Source: a virus
Lineage: Duplodnaviria > Caudoviricetes
Direction: 5' to 3' (one strand)
IMG/VR virus record: IMGVR_UViG_3300026260_000023
Location: 1 to 28,373 of that record
Length of the DNA: 28,373 nt
In this document: positions 1-8,336 of the stretch, one piece after another
How positions within the stretch are numbered: position 1 is the stretch's first letter
How the letters are laid out: every line of letters starts with the position of its first letter
Translations under genes and position numbers: made by a program
The notes under the pieces: model-generated
Databases searched by the model: none
What the model was told of the DNA's origin: nothing
What the model saw: only the letters and a program-made list of their open reading frames with translations

Positions 1-3000
1 TTAGTTGATCATTATCAGTCGGAATCGTTGGTGTTCCTGTTAAATCGCTATAAGGTAAAGGACCAGAGAAGAGGTTTGCTGTAACCGTGCCAGTGAAAGT
101 GGCTGATCCATCTGGTTGGATAGATACGGTAGGAACAGTTTCAGCATCTACTGGTTCATTGATAATGAAGAAACCACCACCATGAGACCAGACATCACCA
201 GCTGCACTAAAATCTACTCCTTGCCAATCAGTAGCTGATGTATCATCTCTTGATCCGACTCTGATCCCTATAGTATTACCAGGAACAGCAGTACCATTTG
301 CCAATTCTTGAGCAGAAGGCTCTAGCATATTAATTGTGTCGTCCCAATCCCAGGTATCTTCACCAGCAACTGCAGTATCTACGTACCCTTTGGATGCTGC
401 ATCAGTATCATTTACGGGAGTTGTAGGTATAGTTACCTGACCAGTAAACGACCCCGTGCCCGCGAATTCGGCTGATCCATCATATTTCAGGTTAATCTTC
501 GGTGTTCCACCATCCTCTATTGCAACAGCAGAGGTTGCCGAGGAGTTAATAAGGGTTTCGTAAGTGGCAGTTGCATAATGTCCGAACTGCGCTTTGCCGC
601 CTGCCCGAAGTGAAATAACTCCCACCTCCGTATTAGGAGCAGTTGGACTAATGATAACATCATTACCGAACCCAGCTCCTCCAAGATTAATAAGATTAGT
701 ACCAATCGTTTCAGGAGATAAGTTATTCCCTACCTTATCCCAGTATCCCTCAACGGTACCGCCGCCACCACCAGTTGTAGGAACTGCAGATACCCACTGA
801 GCTGATTCACCTAAACCTTCATCATAATAGATGTAAAGTGAACCACTCGTCTCATTAGAATCCCACCAAAGATCTCCACTCTGGGGATCTGGTGGAGGGG
901 TGCTGTCGCTAATAGTAACATTAGCACCGCCTCCTGCGGCTCCACTGCCACCTGGAGCAGGAGTGGCAGGAACCCACTGAGAACTATCAACATCAGTATA
1001 ATAGATATAAAGACTTCCATCTGATTCACACCACCAGAGATCGCCGTTTGTAGGGTCGAGTGGGTCCTCTACCGAGATAGTAACCGAAGCACCACCTGAA
1101 CTGCCGCCGCCGGCGCCCCAGAAGAGGTTTCCGTTGCCATCTGTTATTAACGCCTGCCCAACATTACCGTCTGTTAATGGATATCTAATTCCGCTAGCAG
1201 TAAACTGCCCTGTAACAGTGAGATCTCCGTTTATTGTACCACCATTTTCGAGATCCAATGCATCTTGAGTTGGTGTAGCGGGTACCCAATACTCTCCATA
1301 ATAAACATACAGTTGGCCATCATCGTCTGCTGAGTTCCACCAGAAGTCTCCCTCACTTGCATTATTCTCGTCAGGTGGTGTATCAGAAACAAATGTGCCT
1401 GCTGCAATGCCACTCAGATGAGAACCATCACCTTCATAGAAATATCCATTAGCAACAACAATATCACCATTACTAGTAATACCAGGGCCTGGCGAATCCG
1501 CCAAACCACCACTTACAGTAACGGGACCTTTAAGCGTCGTATTACCTTCCACCCAAAACTGACCACTAACCTGCAGGTTACCGGTTATTGTACCACCAGA
1601 CTTCGGAAGATAAATGTCCCTATCAACAAGAGCACCAAGAGCCCATTGCGTACCTGACCAAATAACTAACTGACCTTGTAAAACAGTTGCCTCGTTAAGA
1701 CCCACCCATCCAGAAGCGGCAGGTGCCTCTGTACTATTCATATAAGTATCACCAGAGTCAGGATTCTCAGGCGGGGGTTCAGAAACCTCAACCACACCTT
1801 TAAAGGTTAGAGGTCCACTAACCGGAAGATTAGTTAATCCAGAACCATCACCAACAAACCTGTTAGCAGTAACAGTTTGGGAGCAGTTAATATTACCAGT
1901 AAATGTCTTATCTCCTGATGCACTTTGCTGTCCCGTGAGGAACATAACATTCTCTAGTTTTGGTACATCAACACTAATACCCGAAGACGCAACTACGATA
2001 TTATCAAATCCGGCTCTCTGATCTGCATAAACACTAATGGTTCCACTTTGGTTAGGACCAATTCCTCCAGTTGGATCCGTTATGATACCAGGGCCTGGTG
2101 CAATAGAAACAACTCCTTCGTTGCCTTCTCCTCCACCGCTGCCACCTTGGTGACCACTACACTCGCTAATATCACCAAGATACTTGACAATAGTACTACC
2201 AAATTCCTTTGTTACGGTATTATATTTGACATCTTGTGAGGTAAGTATCTGAGAAACCGCAGTGGCGTCGTTTGTACCCTGTGTGGTTAAGTCTACAAAG
2301 AAGGTTGCTGCCTCGTCTACAAGGCTCTTAACATTAACCTTTTGTGCTACTTTGGCAGTTTGTGCCAAATCAGTACTAGCTGAATAAGAAACACTCAAGT
2401 CTCCAGCGTCTGTTGGGATACCCCCTTGGTATAAGAACTGCGCATTATCTGCTTCAATTGCTTTCGCAACTTGTAATTGTGCTTCAGCCTTCCCACCCAA
2501 TAACAATGAATCATTTGCAAGGGTTGCCGTAGCGGCAAGGGTAGCAGAGTCTGCGTTACCTATCAGATTACCTACAACTCCACTTGCTGCTGTAATAACC
2601 CCAGAGGCGGAGATTGTCTCAAGTACATTTATATCTCCCTCAACGGTAAGATTACCAAGTCCATCATCGAGTGTCTTAATGATATTAAGGGTTCCGGTAA
2701 GAGTCTGAACACCTTCCTTCATAAGGTAGGTGCCTCTGTCTACCATGGCACCAGCGATCCATTGTCCACCTGCTAAAGGTTGAATCCAAATAACTAACTG
2801 ACCATCTAGGATTGTTTGATCAGCAATTCCAGTCCATTGGGTTCCAGCAGTACCTGTTACTGAGTTCAGATAAGAATCACCAGGATCAGGATTACTAGGA
2901 GGCACTTCATTGGCATCTGTTACATTAACCACGCCTTTGAATTCCAGAGGACCAACCTGTGAGAGTCCACTGAGTTGCGAACCATCACCAATATATGCAG

Positions 3001-6000
3001 TTGCCTGGATTTCTCCAGCAAACACCTCTCTACCCGATGTACCATTCAACCCATCATTATTGGTTCTTGCAACCGTGTTGTCTACCTGGAGCGAACCGGT
3101 GGTGCTAATAGGACCGCCCGAAATACCACCGGGGATCCCCACTGCCGTGCCACCAGGAGTAAGAATCTCAGTAACCCCAGAAGAAGCACTTTCAATCTTA
3201 CTAAGAATATATCCTTTTGTTACTAAACTGTTTGTTAGTGAATTATCAGTAGTTGCTTTACCATAAACATCTTGTGTGAAACTCTTCTGTCCATCAATAG
3301 ACTGAGTGATGGCACTTCTCATCACCACACCCGAGGTACCGGTGTCAACCTCAATGGTTCCCTCATCAGTAATAGGACCACCTAGCAGTCCAGTTCCTGT
3401 CTCAATCTTAACAACTGTTCCAGCTGGTTGCAGTGATAGCTTAGCGTCCACATAACTCTTTGTAGTAAACGCGAGTTCAGAAGAGGAAGAATTGGTATTA
3501 GGACCAAGAACATCTCTATTAAATTTCTTAGAACCAGTAATAGTCTGAGTGCCGTCTAGCAAACACACCTCATTGACATTAACTGAAATGGTGCCGGTGC
3601 CAGTAATGGGACCTCCTGTCAGTCCCATTCCAGTTTCAATCTCTGTAACTGTTCCTGTACCAGCACCTGATACCTTCTCGTCCACATAAGACTTGGTAGT
3701 TAGTGTGTTGGGATTATCTTCATTCTGAGTTAGAACGCTCTTTACAATTTCACTAAACTGCTTCCTACCATAAATTATCTGATCACTCTGTACCATCACA
3801 ACTTCAACTGGGTTCACCGTCAGTTCACCAGTAGTGCTGATTGGACCACCACTCAAACCTTCTCCAGTGGTAATCAGTGTTACGCCACCAATGTTAGTAA
3901 TACCTGAACCATCACCCGTTATAACGCCCCCTACAGTAAGGGTGTCATCAACTACCAAATCTCCAGTAATAGTACCACCAGATGAAGGCAGGTATGATGT
4001 GTTATCCTCGATTCCACCTGGGATCCAATAATTGTTATCAGTATAATAAAGAAGTTGATTCTTCAGAATTGACTGACCTTCAATACCAACCCACTCATTA
4101 GTGGCATATCCTGTTACGGTGTTTATGTAGAACCAACCTGCCTGAAGACCCAAGGGAACATTATTAGTTGTTACATCAACATTACCCTTAAATATCAATT
4201 GAGCTGGAATAGGAACATCGGTTAGGTTAGCACCAGAACCATAATAAACAGTTTCAGGACTACCAACAACTCCAGTTATGTTCAGGTTTCCGTTAATCGT
4301 CTGTCCACCGGTGGTACGAACTACAGTAGTGTCAACTGTAATTGTTCCTGTCGTATTAATAGGACCACCTTGAAGACCACTTCCTGTGTTTATACGCGTA
4401 ATAGCATTAGTGTCTAGGTATTCTTTTGTTATAATAGAATCAGCATCGCCATCGTGTGATGGAGTAATGCCGTGTAAGATTTCGTTGAATGTCTTAGATC
4501 CACCAATTATCTGTGTCTTTGTTGTCCTAACAACCTCTGCATCATTTACAGAAATAGTACCAATATCTGTAATAACACCACCGTTCAACCCCTCACCAGC
4601 AGTTAATTGCTGCACTCCACTCTCATTTGCAGCTGTAAGTTGTTGTTCAAAATAAAGCTTGGTAATGAACGCCTGATCGGAAGAAGTAATTGTTGTTGTG
4701 GGACCCAATACGTCTTGAGTAAATACCTTCTGCGCTGTGATCTCCTGATCGTGATCAGTCAGTACAACACTGCTGTCTACAGAAACAATTTGTTCCCCTG
4801 TAGTTGTGTTAAGAGGAGTAACATAAATGCCGTTCCCGCTCCTAACCTCATGAACTCCTGTTTGACTAATAGGAATATTAAGATTATAAAGTCCACTACC
4901 ATCACCAGTAAAGCTGGTTGCTGCTACTGAACCAGCAGTTAGAATACCTTGAATGGTTATGCTTCCTGTAAATATCTTATCGCCACCAACTGTCTGGTTA
5001 GTATTAATACTAACAAAATAATTATCAAGTGCTGATGGATTAACAGAAACACCAGTTGGACCTACAAGAATAGTTCCATCCGAATTCTTAACACTAAGAG
5101 TAACATTATCATTTACTAATTCTCCACCTCCAATCAAACCACTACCAGCAAGAACCGATCTTGTGAGGTTTAAAGCAGTAGTCGCCGTAGTTGCTGTGGT
5201 TGCAACCGTTGCATAATCAGCAAGACCTGACAGATTAGCGTCAAGAACCCCGTCAACCTTAAGGTTTCCGGTTATTGTACCACCAACCAGCGGAAGATAG
5301 ATACTTCTATCTACTGTATTTCCTTTAGTCCACTCACCATTAACCATCCCTGTTGGAATAAGGAAGTAAAGCAATTGATCTTTATATACCTGCGTCCCTG
5401 CAATACCAACCCATGTACCCAAAGCAGTACCTGACCCGGTGTTCAATACACAATCTCCTTGTGTAGCAACCGGAGGAGCTACCAGGGTGGCATCGTATTG
5501 TCCAATAAAGGTAAAGGGACCACCTGGCAAGTTAGTCAATCCTGAACCATCACCAACAAAAGCACCTGCTGTTATTGTTCCAGACGCTTCAACATTAGTG
5601 GGTTTCAACAGACCGCTGAAGGACTTAGTCCCTCCCATTGTCTGATCACCCCTACTGACCATCACTACAGCTTCGTCAATATAAAGTTGCCCTTCAGAAG
5701 TAATGGGACCACCTTCTAAACCATACCCTGTATTAACTTCCGTAACAACTCCAGACATATTAGGAGCAGTAAGTGTCCCTACAATTGTTATATCGTCACT
5801 GAATGTCTTGGTACCTCCAATAAGTTGAGAACCTTCTGTCCTAACAACAGTTTCATCTACAGAAACACTACCCGTCCCTGTGATAGTGTCAGGAGTGGTT
5901 GTGATGCCATTAGCACCTGTGATGCTAACATTAGCAGTACCGCCTCCTCCAACGCCTGTCAGTCCCGAGCCATCACCAACAAAGGCAGCGGCAGTAACGG

Positions 6001-7423
6001 TTCCCGAAGCATCAATATTACCATCACTAAGTGTGTCGACGGGTGCGCCACCTACGGAAATGCTTCTGGTAAACTTATCTAAACCAGTAAATGTCTTATC
6101 ACCATGAATAGTCTGAGCGCCTTCTGTTCTAACAACAGTAGAATCAACCGCAATGGTTCCCGAATCTGTAATAGGACCGCCAATTAAACCGTCACCAGTA
6201 ACTATATCAATTTCCGCACTAATACCACTCAGTTGTGAACCATCACCTGAGAAGAAAGCAGCGGTGACTGTTCCGGTAGAGAATACATTACCAGATTGCA
6301 AAGTTCCAATTGTTCCTGCATTGGAAGTAAAATCATTCAGTCCAGTGATTGTATTAACAACAATTGTATCAGATGTTAAAGTAATAAGTCCTGTTATTCT
6401 ACCAATAACCGCATTACCATTAACAGTAAGATTAGTAATACTACCAGTTAAAGCAGACAGGGTGTTTGTATTAACATCAACAGCAGAAATATCAGGTACA
6501 TTAAGACTGCTCTGAATTATCACATCGCCAAGAATCTGCCCGCCAATATTAAGATTACCACTAACGGTAGCATTCTCAGTAACGGAAAGAGACCCAAAGA
6601 TAGTTCCGCCTGTCTTAGGAAGATAAATTCCTCTATCTAAAATATTACCCTTAAACCAAGTTCCTACAGGATCCGATGGTCCCTTCTGGAAGATAACCAA
6701 CTGATCAGCCAGTACCTCCTCGTCGGCGATACCCGTCCAAGAAGTCTTAGCGTCACCCGTTGTAGTGTTCTGCCAGACGTCACCCCCTGCAGCGGCAACA
6801 GGCGCCTCCTGAAGGGCAACATCGATGTTACCCTTGAAGGTAAATAGCGTGCTACCACCTCCACCAACATTAGTCAGTCCAGAGCCGTCACCAACAAATG
6901 CTGCTGCTGTAACAGTTCCGTTCGCTTGGATATTTGCCGTAGTCAATTGACCACTAATAGTCTGTCCAGATACGCTACTAGTTCTAATAACAGTATCGTC
7001 AACAGCAATCGTTCCGGCGCCTGTTATCCCATCGGCAGGATTTGTGACAAGTCCTGTGCCGGCGACGATAAGTCTGTCTGGACCATCTCCAATTTGCTCA
7101 TCAAGAGAAACTACTGAATCATACAACCATAAGTTATAATTCTGCTGCGTCGTCAAACCTCCGGGGGGCAGTGGGGGCAGTGCCTTAACTAAGGGGAGGT
7201 TAATAAATCTATATCCGTCCGGATCAGGTATCGATGGATCAACTAAAGAAATATCTGCGGTTGTAATATCAGCTCTAATAACTGGACTGAGGTACTCAGT
7301 CAGTGTGGTAATATTGACTTGGCTCGTTAGGGTAGGTGTTACATCTGCATCATTTATAATCAGGATATCGGACCCCGAGACCACTGTCACTGTTGGTAAC
7401 TGACTAATCTTTATACTTGACAA
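1..7423 (-). CDS. Giant repetitive tail fibre / virion structural protein, >=2474 aa, 3'-truncated by the window edge (absent from the supplied ORF track)
   Basis: Hand translation of the minus frame (codons 7423..7421 down to 4..2) shows no stop. It begins TTG-SSIKISQLPTVTVVSGSDILIIND, with an in-frame TGA just upstream (7430-7432), and reads ...LTGTPTIPTDNDQL at the edge. It is G/T/V/S-rich with repeated fibre motifs (F.GDGSGLT, GL.GGPIT..GTI.VD, YLP..GGTITG.L, TK.YVD, GDLWW...LYIYY). A late promoter lies upstream. Confidence 0.93.
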   Translation of the reverse strand, partial: MSSIKISQLPTVTVVSGSDILIINDADVTPTLTSQVNITTLTEYLSPVIRADITTADISLVDPSIPDPDGYRFINLPLVKALPPLPPGGLTTQQNYNLWLYDSVVSLDEQIGDGPDRLIVAGTGLVTNPADGITGAGTIAVDDTVIRTSSVSGQTISGQLTTANIQANGTVTAAAFVGDGSGLTNVGGGGSTLFTFKGNIDVALQEAPVAAAGGDVWQNTTTGDAKTSWTGIADEEVLADQLVIFQKGPSDPVGTWFKGNILDRGIYLPKTGGTIFGSLSVTENATVSGNLNIGGQILGDVIIQSSLNVPDISAVDVNTNTLSALTGSITNLTVNGNAVIGRITGLITLTSDTIVVNTITGLNDFTSNAGTIGTLQSGNVFSTGTVTAAFFSGDGSQLSGISAEIDIVTGDGLIGGPITDSGTIAVDSTVVRTEGAQTIHGDKTFTGLDKFTRSISVGGAPVDTLSDGNIDASGTVTAAAFVGDGSGLTGVGGGGTANVSITGANGITTTPDTITGTGSVSVDETVVRTEGSQLIGGTKTFSDDITIVGTLTAPNMSGVVTEVNTGYGLEGGPITSEGQLYIDEAVVMVSRGDQTMGGTKSFSGLLKPTNVEASGTITAGAFVGDGSGLTNLPGGPFTFIGQYDATLVAPPVATQGDCVLNTGSGTALGTWVGIAGTQVYKDQLLYFLIPTGMVNGEWTKGNTVDRSIYLPLVGGTITGNLKVDGVLDANLSGLADYATVATTATTATTALNLTRSVLAGSGLIGGGELVNDNVTLSVKNSDGTILVGPTGVSVNPSALDNYFVSINTNQTVGGDKIFTGSITIQGILTAGSVAATSFTGDGSGLYNLNIPISQTGVHEVRSGNGIYVTPLNTTTGEQIVSVDSSVVLTDHDQEITAQKVFTQDVLGPTTTITSSDQAFITKLYFEQQLTAANESGVQQLTAGEGLNGGVITDIGTISVNDAEVVRTTKTQIIGGSKTFNEILHGITPSHDGDADSIITKEYLDTNAITRINTGSGLQGGPINTTGTITVDTTVVRTTGGQTINGNLNITGVVGSPETVYYGSGANLTDVPIPAQLIFKGNVDVTTNNVPLGLQAGWFYINTVTGYATNEWVGIEGQSILKNQLLYYTDNNYWIPGGIEDNTSYLPSSGGTITGDLVVDDTLTVGGVITGDGSGITNIGGVTLITTGEGLSGGPISTTGELTVNPVEVVMVQSDQIIYGRKQFSEIVKSVLTQNEDNPNTLTTKSYVDEKVSGAGTGTVTEIETGMGLTGGPITGTGTISVNVNEVCLLDGTQTITGSKKFNRDVLGPNTNSSSSELAFTTKSYVDAKLSLQPAGTVVKIETGTGLLGGPITDEGTIEVDTGTSGVVMRSAITQSIDGQKSFTQDVYGKATTDNSLTNSLVTKGYILSKIESASSGVTEILTPGGTAVGIPGGISGGPISTTGSLQVDNTVARTNNDGLNGTSGREVFAGEIQATAYIGDGSQLSGLSQVGPLEFKGVVNVTDANEVPPSNPDPGDSYLNSVTGTAGTQWTGIADQTILDGQLVIWIQPLAGGQWIAGAMVDRGTYLMKEGVQTLTGTLNIIKTLDDGLGNLTVEGDINVLETISASGVITAASGVVGNLIGNADSATLAATATLANDSLLLGGKAEAQLQVAKAIEADNAQFLYQGGIPTDAGDLSVSYSASTDLAQTAKVAQKVNVKSLVDEAATFFVDLTTQGTNDATAVSQILTSQDVKYNTVTKEFGSTIVKYLGDISECSGHQGGSGGGEGNEGVVSIAPGPGIITDPTGGIGPNQSGTISVYADQRAGFDNIVVASSGISVDVPKLENVMFLTGQQSASGDKTFTGNINCSQTVTANRFVGDGSGLTNLPVSGPLTFKGVVEVSEPPPENPDSGDTYMNSTEAPAASGWVGLNEATVLQGQLVIWSGTQWALGALVDRDIYLPKSGGTITGNLQVSGQFWVEGNTTLKGPVTVSGGLADSPGPGITSNGDIVVANGYFYEGDGSHLSGIAAGTFVSDTPPDENNASEGDFWWNSADDDGQLYVYYGEYWVPATPTQDALDLENGGTINGDLTVTGQFTASGIRYPLTDGNVGQALITDGNGNLFWGAGGGSSGGASVTISVEDPLDPTNGDLWWCESDGSLYIYYTDVDSSQWVPATPAPGGSGAAGGGANVTISDSTPPPDPQSGDLWWDSNETSGSLYIYYDEGLGESAQWVSAVPTTGGGGGTVEGYWDKVGNNLSPETIGTNLINLGGAGFGNDVIISPTAPNTEVGVISLRAGGKAQFGHYATATYETLINSSATSAVAIEDGGTPKINLKYDGSAEFAGTGSFTGQVTIPTTPVNDTDAASKGYVDTAVAGEDTWDWDDTINMLEPSAQELANGTAVPGNTIGIRVGSRDDTSATDWQGVDFSAAGDVWSHGGGFFIINEPVDAETVPTVSIQPDGSATFTGTVTANLFSGPLPYSDLTGTPTIPTDNDQL
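780..1400 (-). repeat. Three tandem GD(L/F)WW...LY(I/V)YY...WV modules in the giant fibre
   Basis: SEGDFWWNSADDDGQLYVYYGEYWVPA; TNGDLWWCESDGSLYIYYTDVDSSQWVPA; QSGDLWWDSNETSGSLYIYYDEGLGESAQWVSA. Confidence 0.88.
1575..6845 (-). repeat. Five copies of an ~80-aa module within the giant fibre (protein-level repeat)
   Basis: Consensus L.FKG.VDV...P...GD.Y.N...G...W.GI....V...QL...W..G...DR..YLP..GGTI.G.L at about 6600-6845, 5270-5520, 3955-4200, 2690-2950 and 1575-1815. Spacing is ~1.1-1.3 kb; the copies are diverged at the DNA level. Confidence 0.88.
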
Positions 7424-7450
7424 GGTCTCTCAACGGAATAACATCAAAGT

Positions 7451-7462
7451 TATTTATAAATA
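7451..7462. promoter_or_regulatory. Palindromic, bidirectional T4-type late promoter (TATTTATAAATA)
   Basis: Perfect 12-bp palindrome with the gp55 consensus TATAAATA on both strands (minus 7451-7458, plus 7455-7462). It lies 27 nt from the fibre start and 26 nt from the 70-aa ORF start. Confidence 0.78.
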
Positions 7463-7478
7463 GACAGAAGAGGTTTCT

Positions 7479-7485
7479 TATTTAG
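7479..7485 (-). promoter_or_regulatory. Possible second late promoter core (CTAAATA) for the giant fibre gene
   Basis: tatttag on the plus strand; the same variant is seen upstream of several other genes here. Confidence 0.4.
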
Positions 7486-7488
7486 ATT

Positions 7489-7701
7489 ATGGCAATCCCG
7501 AGAGGTACCAAAAGGTATCAGCACAATGAGACTAAAGAAGTTAGATATTTCCGAAATCCGCCGAACCTATCTTTTTGGAGTAAGGTAGGAACGCCCGGCA
7601 GTAAGAACTGGTGCTGGATTAATGATAGCATAGAAGAACGATTTGTCAAGAAGGGAGAACCCATCCCTGAGGGATTCACTCATGGAAGAGTGAAGACTTG
7701 A
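7489..7701 (+). CDS. Small basic protein (70 aa) resembling the C-terminal accessory/DNA-binding module of phage homing endonucleases; no nuclease domain
   Basis: ATG start, fills an otherwise intergenic gap, and has its own TATAAATA. The motif WINDSIEERFVKKGEPIPEGFTHGR resembles the W.N.G..E......IPEG(W/F)..GR tail I recall from phage GIY-YIG/HNH endonucleases. Confidence 0.68.
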   Translation: MAIPRGTKRYQHNETKEVRYFRNPPNLSFWSKVGTPGSKNWCWINDSIEERFVKKGEPIPEGFTHGRVKT

Positions 7702-7726
7702 CAAGGCTGTATAGAACAGCTATACT
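7698..7726 (+). promoter_or_regulatory. sigma70-type (early) promoter, antisense to the late genes
   Basis: TTGACA (7698-7703), 17-nt spacer, TATACT (7721-7726): 11/12 match to consensus with optimal spacing. Confidence 0.7.
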
Positions 7727-7768
7727 TGTTATGTCAGTAACAGATAAGGTAGTATAGAGGTCGCGACG

Positions 7769-8335
7769 TTAGTCGTCTGTTACCTGGTGCTCCATTAGCA
7801 AGTCTTGCTGCTCACCTTCGGGTAGTAGTTCAAATACCCCTACCAAGTGAATGGAGCTAATATCATTTTCACGTACCAATACAGCCTGACCATCAGGGTA
7901 TCCATTCAATGACAGAGCAATAGCCATGTCATTGCTACCAGGAGCTGATGTATCAACATAAGGAGCACCATTAGGCCATAGTGGTGAAGGCACATAGGGC
8001 TCTGGTGTTATAACCTGGTTTTCTACATTTCTATCAATCCAATCCAGAGCATCAGGTTGAGGTTGATTGGGATCTAATACATTATTAACACCAGTAATCT
8101 GTCCACTACCATTATAGGTATATTGTACAACGTATCTCTTATAGTTACCGTTTTGATATAGGGGTTGAGGGGATTTTAGTGTATTCTCTACATTATAGAA
8201 GCGTACCTGTCCTGGATTAGTACCATACTCGTTAAAATTATCAAAGACGTTAGTAAATACGTCTTGAATTTCAACATCACCAGGTTGTGGAACCTTAGGA
8301 GTGTTGTCTACGTTGCGAGCAATATACTGAGCCAT
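7769..8335 (-). CDS. Hypothetical protein, 188 aa (probable virion protein)
   Basis: Co-oriented ORF starting 1 nt after the upstream gene's stop; acidic and N/P/Y-rich; no family recognised. Confidence 0.8.
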   Translation of the reverse strand: MAQYIARNVDNTPKVPQPGDVEIQDVFTNVFDNFNEYGTNPGQVRFYNVENTLKSPQPLYQNGNYKRYVVQYTYNGSGQITGVNNVLDPNQPQPDALDWIDRNVENQVITPEPYVPSPLWPNGAPYVDTSAPGSNDMAIALSLNGYPDGQAVLVRENDISSIHLVGVFELLPEGEQQDLLMEHQVTDD

Positions 8336-8336
8336 T

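Larger units (their letters stand above)
7415..7706. repeat. 11-bp direct repeat ACTTGACAAGG (7415-7425 and 7696-7706)
   Basis: Exact match read from the sequence. The left copy contains the fibre's TTG start; the right copy contains the 70-aa ORF's stop and the -35 box. Confidence 0.6.

Noticed and set aside
1-3. tta at 1-3 as the giant gene's stop codon
   Set aside because: It is out of frame; the reading frame uses 4..2 (CTA, Leu).
517-7117. Short ORFs called on both strands across 517-7117
   Set aside because: All overlap the uninterrupted 2474-codon minus frame; they are antisense or alternate-frame shadows with no recognisable motifs.
1-7423. Stop-codon recoding or a pseudogene as the reason no long ORF was called
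   Set aside because: I found no in-frame TAA/TAG/TGA; the gene simply lacks its stop inside the window. All other genes are intact in the standard code.
7417-7445. Second sigma70 promoter from TTGACA at 7417
   Set aside because: No -10-like hexamer at 16-18 nt spacing; the sequence is explained by the fibre's first codons.
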